Below are positions 11,888 through 24,432 of a stretch of DNA of 64,000 nt, piece after piece. Made by a program: the position numbers and the translations under genes. Within the stretch, counting starts at the first letter, position 1, and every line of letters begins with the position of its first letter. The notes beneath the pieces were generated by a model. It was not told the DNA's origin. It searched no databases and worked only from the letters and a program-made list of their open reading frames with translations. The stretch is from Sphagnum compactum (Eukaryota), in NCBI GenBank assembly GCA_965153455.1, contig OZ234493.1:25100213-25164212 (forward strand). The letters are read 5' to 3'.

Positions 11888-13550
11888 GCAATGACTCAGT
11901 GTGCCCTTGTGCCATGCAAATATGTCTTGAAACTACTCCAACAAGGACCATAATTCATCTATCTATTTCTCATCAAGAGATGTATTCAAGTGGACCTTTG
12001 CCTTGATTTTAATCCACCTATCCTCCTCTTTCTTTGATCCCTTCCTTTTGATGCCAGGTGCGAAAAAAGATGAAATGGAGATTGAAAACACTTGTTTGCA
12101 GGATCTTGGGTACTTTGTTCTTCCTCTGCTTGAACACACTGAATCCAATCTACATAAACATCATCCTCTATGTATAGTCCTTTTAATAGCTTCTATTGTT
12201 GTCCTTGCAACACCAAATTGAACCTCTACATTAGTGTTTCATCTTCCACTATTTGATTCATACCATAATCATTCAATTCCTCAATCAAAATTTCTTCTAT
12301 AGACAGAATCTTATAAAGATTATTGTGTACATTTTCTTCTTCATCTTTCAAGTCTCCTTTAGAAAGGGAATCATTAATACAAATTGCATAATTAGTAAAG
12401 GTTGATGTGGAATCCAATGTAGGTTTGTCATCCGCACAGCATTGTTCCAAGCTCATTTTGTTGAAATCTTCTTTCATCTGGTCATGTCTTGAAACTTTTG
12501 ATTTTGAAATCCTGTGAAGCATATTGACCACATTGAGGGGCATAACTTCAACTGCTATACTAGGTTTATTCTAAACCCGTATAACTCCATTTTCAAGATC
12601 TACAACCACTCCAATTTCCATAAGAAAGTCCAACCCCAACAATAAATTGTAGTTGTCGATGTCTACAACCAAGAAGATCATTTGGCAAATCACCTTGCCA
12701 ATTGTGACAAGGATATCAAAAATCCTTCCCAAGGTTTGAGTGATTGTTCTTGACTTGGTTTTGTATGTCTCTTGACCTAAAACCAAATGCATTGTGTCGA
12801 GTTCTCTTACCACATTGGTTGCCATGATTGACATTGATGCAATAGTATCAACCAAGCCTTCAATCAATGTTCGATTAATTCAACCACAAGATGGAGAGTT
12901 TTGTTGTGGTGAGTTTTGTTGATGCAAACTTGTCTGATTGTAAAGGTGTCCATGACAGCAGCTACTTGTGTTTAAGTTGTTTCAATATCCTTTTTATTTC
13001 TAGCTAATTTCACTAGACCTTCAAAATATTCCAACTCCCTAGGAATAACGAGGATGGTTCCATGGGTGTTAAAGAGATCTTCCCTTTAACAAAATGTGAT
13101 AATGTCTTAGATTTGATGTTTCCATCTACCTTAAGGTGTCAAGATTTTCTATTCTTTTCTTCAGATATTTTTCATGATTTTGTTCTAAATGTGGATGCTT
13201 GTACATGCATCTTGCAGTTTGGCATTTTAATTATAGAGAAAACATTGTGCTTTGTTCCAAATAGCTGGTTTGATTTAGTCAATGTAGCTTCGTCATTGAT
13301 TAACATTTTTAGGAAATTTGCACAAGCGGATGGGCCTTTGCCATTCTTTTTCCAACATCTATCTTTTGTGTGCCCCATGCTTAAACAAAAAGAACATTTA
13401 ATATCGTAATTATCTGTTTTATGCCCCCCACCACATGTGGCACACCTTGGCTTGAAATCAGTAAATTTAGGGCATGTAATGCGATATGTTCTTTTGACTT
13501 GCAACGTTGGCATTGGATGATGTTGGTCATTCCTGGACTAGGTTTTTAAT

Positions 13551-16037
13551 CACTACTACCAAAGTGGGGTGTAATTTACTAGCTTAAATCACTATGGGAC
13601 TTTAAAAGTGAAATAACTTCATTGCATTTTACTGATTTCACCTAGTGAAAGTTATTTCATTATAATATCACTATGTAGACATCATGTTTCATTTCTAATA
13701 AACATAATTCATTATTACAATTTACTATAGCAAATAGGTTTATTTCTATATTTTTAAAAACTTCTATCTATGTTACTTTATGATATACCCTATATTATTT
13801 TAAGTTACTGTAGTTATTCTAACTTATATTTTATGTTATTATAGGCTATTATAAATTATTGTACCCTAAATTATTACATGTTATTTTATCTTAAAGTATT
13901 TTAACTAATTTATTATAAGCTTTTCAATTATTTAAAATTAAATTATTCAACTAACTTTAGGCTATACCTTAGGTTATTTTATTTTAAATTAATATATGTT
14001 ATTTCAAGTTATACTTTAAATTATTCGAAGTCATCCTACTTAATGTTATTATAAATTATTTTATCCTAAGCATAATAACTTAAAAATAATCTAAAACAAA
14101 ATATAATGACCTAAGGTAAAAATAACTTAAAAGAAAAAATAATAGCCTATGAAAAATAATTTTAAATACCCTACAATATAATAACTACCAATAGCCTATG
14201 ATATTATAACATAGAATATCAAACAATAATTTATAATACAATAATCACCAATAGTTGTAACATAACATATAATAACCAACAATAACTTATAATACAATAA
14301 CCATTAATAAACATTAATAAAATAGCCATCAATAACCAACAATAAAATAACCACCAACGGCTTACAACAGAAGAATCACTAATAGCCATTAATAGAATAA
14401 CCACCAATAGCCATTAATAGAATAACCACCAACAGCCATTAATAGAATAGCCACCAATCGCCATTAATAGATTAAACATGGATAACCATTAATAAAATAG
14501 CCAACAATAGTCATTAATAGAATAGCCACTAGTAGCCATTAATAGAATAGCCACTAGTAGCCATTAATAGAATAGCCACCAGTAACCATTCATATAATAA
14601 CCATCAATAGCCACCAATAGAATAACCACGAATACCCACTAATAAAATAACTACTAATGGCCATTAATAGAATAATCACCAATAATTATTAATAAAATAA
14701 CCACTAAAAAACATTAATAGCCACAAATAGAATAGGTATCAATAGCCATTAATAATCACCAATAGCATTAATAACATAATAACCTATAGTCATATATTAT
14801 AATTGCTTAGGATTGCCAAAAATAATCTAAGGTGAAATAATTTATAATAAAAAAAAATAACTTAAGGTGAAATAATTTTCAATAGCCAAAAGTAACTTAT
14901 TATAGCTACAAGTAGTCTAAATTGAAATAATTTACAATAGCCAAAAAAACATAGAATAGACAAAAAAATTTACAATAATTGAAAATAGCTTAAGGTGAAA
15001 TAAGTTAAAATAGCCAAAAATAATGTATAATAATTGCAAGTAGTCCAAATTGAAATAATCTACAATAGCCAAAAAAAACATAGATTAGCCAAAAAAAACT
15101 TATAATAGCTAAAAATAGCCTAAGGTGAAATAAGTTAAAATAGCCAAAAATAACCAAAAATAATTAAAAATAGCCATAAATAGCCGTAAATATTGTAGGG
15201 TGAAATATTTTAAATTAATGAAAAATAAACATATAATAATTAAAAGTAGTTTAACATAAGTAGTATTATTATATTAACAAAAAAATCCATTTACTAAAAA
15301 ATTTTGTTTAAAAGAATGGTCATTGAAATGTTATTGAATAATGATATTCAACTTTTTTTTTTTGTTCAAATGATTTTAAACTTTCAAAAGGAAATAAATG
15401 TAATTACGTAAACTCGAATCATTTCATTTGAACAAAATCTCAATAAGATATGAATTTTCAAATTTTATGTTTTTATAATGTTTAAAATGAAGTATTTGAT
15501 AAATAGAATGTAATGTAACATATTATCACAACAAGTGGGGTGGTTTGATGGTAAAGGTGTTTGCCCCCAATCCAAAGGTCAAAGGATCAAACCTCATGGG
15601 TGGTGTTGTGTGTGATCAATAATGGTATGTTGACTGAATATTCTCCTATTGAATTCTTAGGTTAGGTGCCTAAGTTGATTTGTGGCCTACCTACCTACCT
15701 AGGCTAGGTTTTTAACCTAGCGTAGGTAGTGACACGTGTCAATAAATAATAGGCCTTAAAAATCATGAAATTATTAATAATATTATATATAAATAATTAA
15801 AATTTAATTAATTTCCATACTGGTTAGTTAATAAACTAACAAGTGAATGGTTTGGTAAATTTATATTTCACTTGAGAATAACCTTGTTTCACTAGGTAAT
15901 AATGAAACAAATCATTGTCCGTAGCAACTGGTCCCGGTTCACTAGGGGGTTAAACAATTTCACTAGGTAAAAATGTTCAAATTCACTCAAAAATCTAGTG
16001 AAACCCATAATGAACTAGGACGCATTTCCTAGTAGTG
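13551..16037. mobile_element. Non-autonomous CACTA (En/Spm) DNA transposon, 2487 bp
   Basis: Termini CACTACTA...TAGTAGTG; 3-bp TSD AAT at 13548-13550 and 16038-16040; subterminal tttcactagg/cacctagtgaaa repeats; the Gypsy gag sequence resumes across the insertion. Confidence 0.9.
14250..14780. repeat. 25-bp minisatellite inside the CACTA element
   Basis: Tandem aatagccattaatagaata(a/g)ccacc units; followed by taaggtgaaataa-type repeats at 14820-15250. Confidence 0.9.
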
Positions 16038-19000
16038 AATCGCCATCTATTCTTCCCAATGTAGTTCACCAAAATTTCATTGAACACATGTAACTACTTG
16101 TCAATATTGGTCTCTCCTAGTGTTAATTCCTCCTCCTTCTCCTCCTATAAAGGTTCATATGGTGTTTCTCCTATTTCTCCCAACACTTTCACCACTTCTA
16201 TAGTAGTTGATAGGAGTTCATCCATGTCTTGATAAGTGTAAACCACCAGCAATTCTTTCAATTCTGGTTGTAATTTAGCCAGAAACCGTCTTCACCTCTC
16301 TGCATTTAGGATGTGGCCCTTGACAAAAAGCCTTTCCAATTTGTCATAATACAATTGAACCTTCTACGTGGGTTTTTGATTCACCACATCCATCTTGGTT
16401 CTTAACTCATCTTCATCATATACCTTGTACTTTAGATGTAGTAGTGTCTATAAAATCCCCCAATCATCAAGTGGTGGTTCAAGCCTACAGTACCAGTCCT
16501 AGGCTTTACCTTTTAAATTAAGTTTGGTAATTTTGAAGAACTTGTCTTCATCCAATTCTCTGACTTTTGCAGCCATTTGAAGCCTTCGTGTCCAATCAAA
16601 AACATCCTCCATGTCCTTGCCCCAGAAGAATTCATCATACCTTTTGGACTGGTCATCCTATTTACTGAAGGTTTTCAACAAATACACTTAGTCAATATTC
16701 TAATTCCTTATTTCCACCTCCTCTTCTTTTTCCTTAGATTCAATAGATTATAACTTATTGCTACTTATTCCTATGTTGTACTCCATATCATTTCTACCAG
16801 CATATTTCCCAAAGAAATGACGATAGATATCAATGCAATATAGCCAACATAACATATGAAAATCCTTTCCACAACTAGAAATTCTCAAAATGTGGTCTCC
16901 CTCTTTGATCCTATTGTCTAATTCTGGTCTATAGAATTGTGAACAACTTCTTATACCAATATATATTGGAATCCAAATATCTCCTACCTTGGGAAATATA
17001 GTAATTTTTTCCCTAATTACTCGTTCAATTTCAAGACGTTTCAAAGGGCGAAAAACTTATGAAATATTACTTGGTTTCTAAGTTATGTAAGATGGACCAC
17101 TATCGCCCATTGACATCTGAATTAGTCTTTCTAAAAAACCATTTTCATAAATAAACCAGCATGTACAACTCCTATTGAAATATCATCGATTTTGCAATTG
17201 TTGGATCAAACCATACTATTATGATGCTTACAAATCCTATAACCCTCAAAACGATTGTCCTTGTACGTAGTTATGCTGGAAACTCCACTTCATCAAAAGA
17301 AGAAACCCCACACTGGATTCTTCTACTCATGGCTCATCAATGACACCATTAGTCAATTTTGTTAATACATTTCATGAAAAAAATCATTATGTCTTCCTTC
17401 AACCATGGGATTGAATAGGTTAGAAACCTGAATGACATATGACTGTTCATCTACACTCTCGAGTTGCCATTTAAGTCCTCGATTTGACTTTACGTAGAGT
17501 CTCCAACTAATGAGTCTGGACATACCTCCACCTACTTTTACCCTTAGAATTTTATCTCCCTCTTGGAACAACTTTCCAATTCCTAATATGAAAAAATTGA
17601 TAAAGCAATCTTGAGAAGTATATCCCTTGGGTATCCAAATATCCCCAACCTTGGAGATCTCACCTTTCTCCTCAAACCTTAAAAGAACAACACTAGGGGA
17701 TGTAGAAAGTGAAAAAGAACCTGCACTAGAATTGTGCAACTTTGTTCCACTCTCCAATTCCATCATGTATTTTCATCCATACTTGTGCCTTTCCATCAAA
17801 CCCTCTATGATTGATTTTGATTGCAAGATCTCCAACCAGAGCTTCCCTTGGATCTATTCCCACAATGCTCACACCCCAAAGCCATGCAGCTATAGTATCA
17901 GAGATCCTAAAGATGGATTTGGATCTATGCCTAGGCTATCAAACCTACGAATAACATGTTTAATAGTTCTTGTGTAATCAAATCTTGATCATGATCATTA
18001 ATACTATAATCTAAACTTTTCTCTACATTTTAAGAACCTATAATTACCTTATAAAAACTTTTGCACTCATCATCCCAATCTGACCAACATGCTTTAATAC
18101 TAAAAAAAAGGTGCATAAAAGTTTTTATGCACATTGATCACACCATAGTAATGTTTAAAAAATCAATACAACAAACATTGAAAACACACAACCAGTGTAA
18201 TAACACTGCATCTGGTTTAAGTTAGTGACAAAATGATTCTATGGACTTTGATGGATAAGCACGCTTGAGATTTCCTCTCTTTGTGGACTATCATGGCTTT
18301 ATATTGGGGTATCTTGACAACAAACAAGTTTTGCACATAGTCTTCCCAGAATCCCAGTACAGATATTGGTTTGGAAATGGTAAAAATATGGACAAGTAGT
18401 GTTCGCAGTGGTTTCTTCAAAATGTCTTAAGAACTTCCCACTATAGAGAACTTGCTTTTAAACATTCAGGTACTCAATCTTTCCCATGTCCCAACACAAT
18501 TCTCAAATACATTCAACTTGAGTAGGAACCCCCTTAAGGCCAATTGAAATAACCCTGTTGAACCTCTCATCATTTCCGTCCTAAAAATTCTACTAACACA
18601 TTAACTCTTAATGTTTTGCTCACTAGCTTTAGCGCGATGGAAATCCTAAAGCAAACATGAACAACCTAATGAAAATCACAAGCTTTAGGCATTCCTCTTG
18701 AAAGTTTCCAAACAACAAAATGTAATTGAGATGAATTTGAGTACAGAAAACTAGAGTGTTTAGTTTTAGTCATCATCAGGTATTTATTTTTTCTCCCCAC
18801 CAAACGCATATTTATTTCATTCAGCAACTCCACATCATCTTTCTCACACAACCAAAGAAAATTCAGGAAGTAACATTCCACCACCAACTTTTGGTTTGGG
18901 CACTGGCATTCCATGAATAACAACACACCAAATTCGATAACATGCAAACAACAAAAACACAAGAAAATATCAAAGACATTAAAAAGGAAAATGTGGCTCC

Positions 19001-19194
19001 TTTAAAGTTCATGATTACCAACCATCCCCTCTCTTGATGTTTTGTATCAATACATCCATCAACACAATAAATCATTCATTAGGGCAATCTCGCCCCACTT
19101 CACCAGGTTAGGGCTTAGTCATCCAAAATTTTTGCTAACACAAATCCCAGTCACACTGGTTTTGAAGGAAGTGCTATTTAAGTGGATATATATA

Positions 19195-21762
19195 GAAGCC
19201 TAGATAGTTTAGGTGATCGAGGGTTGTGCCGCTTAAATTAGCTAAACATGCTTTGATTGATGCGCCTAAAATAAGGCTATGCGAACTTCAGTAGTTGCAA
19301 GTGGAATACAAGTCTAGATGGAGTAGAAAGCGTGTTCTGTTGTTGGTTTTGGTTGGTTTCGACATGTATTCAGCGATATTGCGTTCATATTCAATCTCTA
19401 CATCGATGTTGGCTCGTTCATTGTCGTATGTTAAGGATAACGATTAAAAATATGGAGTGATCGTTACGTCTCGCGATCTTAAGACTTCAAAGGTGATTGG
19501 TCTGTAGTGCCATTTCTGTATTACAGTTAGTTGGGAAGAGAAGGTCGGCTCCAAGTGCAAGGCCATGATTAAAGTGCAGGGATGGTCTGCCCCTTTTTGT
19601 TACGACAATATTGAGAACCATATGCGCACCCAACATCGAACGAAGTGGTTGGAATATGACACGATCCATTCCAATTCTGAACATGATGAAATTTTCACCA
19701 ATGTGTCTATCGTATTCAAGTATTCAATCAAAGCGCACTTTGTTTCCAAGTCTATACGCGAGCAATAGATTGTCTTTGACATTGACAAGGACATCGTCGA
19801 AACTATTGTCAACGACGTGATGTACAAAGTCAAGGACGAAACTAATAGCGACAATGAAGATGTTGAGGAGAATCTTGCATTTGGCAATGAGGCTGAACGA
19901 ACCACTGTACTTGTTCGACGCCGGGCGGCTGCTACAAAGGCGAAAGAGTGGGCATTATTATTGTTCAAGCGAACCGAGCCAAACAAAGATGGGGTGTCGC
20001 ATTCGTATACTATCATGATCCCTAAGACGAAGACAAAGCTATTCCATTTGGTAATTCACTACGTATCATGCAGGACTTCTTTTTGTATGGCAGCGAACAT
20101 CATAAGCTGCACGTTCGAAGTCCTGTCCGATCCTTCTTTACATTTTTGCACTCATCACCACGTGAGTAGCTTCATCAGGGTTGTTTGTGCCGTCAATTTG
20201 CAACGTATTTGCGACATTTTACAACGTTCATGGGTTTTTTTGTTGGCGTTGGATTCCACTACCCACAAAAGCACATCGTATCTTGACTTGCGTATTCGTG
20301 TGTACATGGAGGAACATCACACCATTGCCAACGTGCATGGATGCGTGTTACCAATGTTCTAGTGGCATACGTGTGAAATCATGTTCGAAATGGTTTCTAA
20401 CTTCTTGACAATATTTTGTCCTAATTGGAAGATTCACCTTCTTGGTTTGTCGTTTGACGAAGCTCGAAATATGACTGGGCGTGTTGCTGGCATTGTGACA
20501 TGACTTCAGGATTCTATGCATGACAATTGTTTTCTCTTTCGTATTTAGTGCGGAGTGCATCAACTCGACCTTGTCATGGAACACATCATGAACGAGGTGG
20601 TTAAAGAACGCTTCTTCTCAGTAATGACTGGCTTCATCACGCACCTCACCCGGCAGCAATAGAAGTTGATTGCAGACATGGGTACAACATGCCCTCCCAT
20701 CATTAATCTTTGGCTTTCTACATACAAGGTTACAAAGTGGTTTAAGATTCATCACACCCTGAACTCTTCGTGCAGATTGCATCGAAACAGCTAGCTTCCA
20801 CCTCGCTTCAACTTTGGTGGGCTTATTTGCTTGTGATGGATGACTTCATGAGCCGCATTGCTGTCACTTTTCACAAGATTCAAGGATTGACAACATTAGT
20901 GGCGCAACAGCAGGCAGAACTTGATGCTATCGTTGGCTCTTCCATCGATGACATTGTAGTGACTAGTCTGCTCACTTCTGAATTGATTCAGGACTTAGAC
21001 CCAATGACCCATGTCTTCAGCGGGTGTTATGTGGTTTATTTGTCGAATGTTCAAGAATTTTTCGTCAGCTTGGCGAGCTGGGTGGAAGGAATCATCAACG
21101 AAGTCGATGAGGTCAAACATAACGAGTTGCGGCGCAATGTTGGGACTTGTCTTTGTTGTGGCTTGTGAGCACATCGACTCAATCCGATTCCAAGCAATGC
21201 AAATAACATCTGTTCAGCGATTTGTACGTGCTACCGCCGGTTCTATCGCATGAGTTGGTTAAGACGACGACATTCGATTTCCTTCGCAAAATGTGTTAGC
21301 ACGGTTATCGGTTGCAACATCGCTACTTTTCTAGGTAGATCGATGTAGTCGACGAACACAAGGCACTTATTCAAGCGTACCGATATGAACTGGTCCTGAA
21401 GCAAGGTATTGATGCGCTCACCGAAAAATCATCATTTGTTGAGGGCTAGAGTTTGCTCGAAACTTGCTTCCCAATTTGATTGACTATTGTGGCACTGTCA
21501 TGACTTTGTTTCCTGGAACATCCACCGTTGAGTCTGATTTTTCTGTGTTACGTTGGGAGAAGGACGAGTTCCGCAAGGCGCTGTACGATTTCGGCCTTGA
21601 GGGAGTTTTGCAAATGAAGCAATATTTGTTTATTGAACAACTTCTTGAGTCTAATTAGTAAACTTGTCCACGCTGCCTACCACCTAAATTAACCTTCCGA
21701 GATGAGCCTTAATTAAGCTAATTTTAGGTAATTCAAGCGGTCGCCTAAACTATCCAGGCCTG
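19195..21762 (+). mobile_element. Decayed full-length hAT DNA transposon with pseudogenised transposase
   Basis: TIRs gaagcctagatagtttaggtgatcg / cggtcgcctaaactatccaggcctg; 8-bp TSD TATATATA at 19187-19194 and 21763-21770. Transposase motifs: CHFC..H..H zinc finger, LALDSTT, CGVHQLDLV (CxxH), PGTSTVESDFS dimerisation region. Many stops and frameshifts. Confidence 0.88.
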
Positions 21763-21770
21763 TATATATA

Positions 21771-23030
21771 TCTACTTATATAATATCCTTGGGTGGTCGT
21801 CCTTTCCATCCATCCGTCCCTTCATCCGTCTCGACATCCATCCATCCAAGTTCCTCATCCCGGAAGAAGAAGATGATGGAAGAGGAGGAGGAGGAGGAAT
21901 GGCGGCAGCAACAATTTATCCAAATGTTTATGCGATCCAATCCTGTAGTCTTGCAATTTGCCAAAAGTTACAAACTAATTTTAAAAAACTAAAAATTGTT
22001 GAAAAAAAAATGAGAAACGAGAGACGAAATATTTTGAAAACAACACAAGAAATTTCAAATTAAAAAAGAAGAAAAAAAGTTATTAATAAATAAATAAAAT
22101 GAAACAAAGTTGTAACAAAAAAGAAAAAAACCGAACAAATATATATTTTTCAAAGGGAAAAAGCTAGAAAAAAAATAAAAACAAAAAACACTTTAACAAT
22201 TAGAAACTTTTTAAAAACACTTTAAAATAGAAACAAAATGAAAACATATAAAATAAATATATTTAAACATGAAACAAAAAAGGGAAATACAGTAAAATAA
22301 TCTTAAAAGAAAATCAAAAAATAGATGACAAAAAATAAGAAACAAAACAGTGAGCAAAAGAAAAAGAAAAAAAACCATACTTGAAAAAAAAATGAGGTTT
22401 GTCTTCTTTTTCCAAACTTCAAACCTGCATCTAATCAAACAAAAATACAAAATTTTTTTAAAATTATTTTCATTATAAAACATATTAGAAAAACTAGATT
22501 TTTTTTGAAAAAGAAAGTAGAAACAAAATAAATAAATAAATAAATAAATGCTTAAAAATAGAAAAAAATGAAGATAAACAAAATAAGAATAGAAAAAATA
22601 AAAACATGAAACAAACATAAACAAAAAAAGGATAAAAACGCAACAACTATAAAAAAGGAATGGAAACAAATGAAACAAGGAAAGGGAAATACAATAAAAT
22701 AATTTTAAAAGAAAAAAAAATTAAATGAAGAAACCAAATAAAGAGTAAAAAATAATAAAAAATAAAACTTATAATAATGAAGAAAAACCCTACTTGAAAA
22801 AGAATGATGTGTGTCTTCTTTCTCCAAACTTCAAACTTGCATCCAAATAAACAAAAATATAAAAGTGAAAAAGAAACACTTTATTTTTATTATACAAATA
22901 ATAATAAAAACAAAAAACACATAAAAATAAAAAATAGAAAAAATAAAAGTTTCTAGAAAAAACTAAAACATGAACCAAGTTTGAAGAAACCAGGGGACTT
23001 CACAGTGCCCACAGGCACGAGTACCCACTA
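21771..23030 (+). mobile_element. Non-autonomous Helitron-like element 1
   Basis: Starts A|TCTACTTATATAATAT; 3' hairpin gtgcc-caca-ggcac about 10 nt before a CTAT end; extremely A-rich interior with an internal duplication; no TSD. Confidence 0.6.
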
Positions 23031-23753
23031 TATATAATATTTTAGGTGTCTATCTGTTCGGTCGTCCTTCTTGGGGGTAAGGGGGTTAGGGTCAACACGG
23101 GATTATAATGGATTATGGAGTAGGTTCAAAATTATTCTTTACTATTTTACTCAGTAATGGTAGAGATAAAGCCGTGTATAAAGTCAAGGTTTGCATACGT
23201 CAATGGTCATTTTTTACTTTGCTTTTGTAAGTGCATCCCAACTTGACTGTCTTTAATTGGGGCTATGATGTGCATTGGGTCATCAATTTAAACTGTTTTT
23301 AGAACATGTGGGCATTGGACACGACTTCACCCGGCTCATCCGGCCCACCCCCCCAAGATGCAAAACATTATCTCCCCACCAAACTTAAGGGGGTTAGGGT
23401 TAGCACGCCTTTCATAAACGCGTTTCAAAAGAAGAAAGCTTGGAATCTGCCCAAATCCTCTACAAATCTTGGCAATTTCAAAACCTGTTTTTTTTCTCCT
23501 CAAAATGTGCCGATTTCAAAACTCTTTTTTTCACCTTCTTGGAAATGTGGCGATTTAGTTTTTTTTTTGGGAAATTTTCCAAAATGCTCGTTTCACCATA
23601 TATGTTTTCATGGGGGACTTTTCAACGGATTTTCGCCACAAAAAGTAAATAAAATAAAAATAAAATTAGTTGCTTTGCACCTTTGTGTGTGTCTCTCTCA
23701 GTTTAAAGAAACCAAGGGACTTCATAGTGTCCGAAGGTCACGAGTACCCACTT
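23028..23753 (+). mobile_element. Non-autonomous Helitron-like element 2, head-to-tail with element 1
   Basis: Shares the 5' tatataatat..ggtcgtcc motif and the 3' end aagaaacca.gggacttca.agtg.cc..agg.cacgagtacccact with element 1; different interior. Confidence 0.6.
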
Positions 23754-23764
23754 GTATATACATA

Positions 23765-24432
23765 CGAGTGTTGTGACCCGTGGCTACGCCACTCCAGCCA
23801 CCCGTGGCACCTCGTCCGGCCCCCCGCAGCGGCTGCCCTGGCCGCTGTTTTTTTTGGCCTCTCTGAGGACCTCGTTTCAGGACCCTAACGACGGGTTTTC
23901 TTTCTGAGGACCTCGTTTCAGGTCCCCAACGACGGGTTTTCTTTCTGGGAACCTCGTTTTGGGTCCGTCTCGAGGTCTGGATCGGGTACTGAGAATCTCG
24001 ATTCAGGTCCTTTACCGAGGATTCTGGCCATCTCGGTTCAGGTCCTCGAAGGTTTTGAGGACCTCGTTCGTTTCAGGACCTCGTCTTGTTTTTCTTCTTC
24101 TTCTTGGGGATGTGGTTTAGGGGTTTAAGACAGACAGACGAACATACGAGATCTGGGTTTCAAGACCTCGATAGACGGATGAACGGGATTTGGGTTTCAA
24201 GACCTCGACAGACAGACAGACAGACGGACACCACGTTTGCTTTTATATATAAGATTATATGTGCCATGGGTGCTGATTTTGTGCCCTGATTATCACCTCA
24301 CCTATCCTATTTTGCCATCTTCTACAGACCACCTCCACAGGGAACGGGTAGTGACTGGAAGAATCTTCCAGGCACTGCCCAATTTTTGTCCACACAGACA
24401 AACAGACACCACGTTTGCTTTTATATATAAGA
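23765..24432 (-). mobile_element. Helitron-like element on the minus strand with a duplicated 5' end
   Basis: Minus-strand 5' A|TCTTATATATAAAAGCAAACGTGGTGTC plus (TCTG)n, present at both 24254 and 24432; 3' hairpin gtggc-gta-gccac before CTCG|T at 23765; internal gaggacctcgtttcagg repeats at 23860-24085. Confidence 0.7.

Larger units (their letters stand above)
11051..18102 (-). mobile_element. Degenerate Ty3/Gypsy retrotransposon (PBS, 5' ORFs, gag with Zn knuckles, aspartic protease, start of RT), interrupted by a CACTA element and a solo LTR
   Basis: gag-like EDVFDWTRRLQMAA..DWY (16450-16620); knuckles CQRCKSKEH, CATCGGGH and CSFCLSMGHTKDRC (13350-13515); protease GLVDTIAS..LLLGLDFL (12571-12867); pre-RT FQDIFAWHKG..HCTIGE; degenerate Met-tRNA PBS (plus strand gctttaatacta vs gctctgatacca) at 18091-18102. 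Confidence 0.82.

Noticed and set aside
14250-14780. Regular repeats that could be mistaken for a CRISPR array
   Set aside because: Contiguous tandem minisatellite without unique spacers, in a eukaryotic context
22211-22978. Phe/Leu-rich membrane-protein-like ORFs
   Set aside because: Artefact of the A-rich low-complexity Helitron interior
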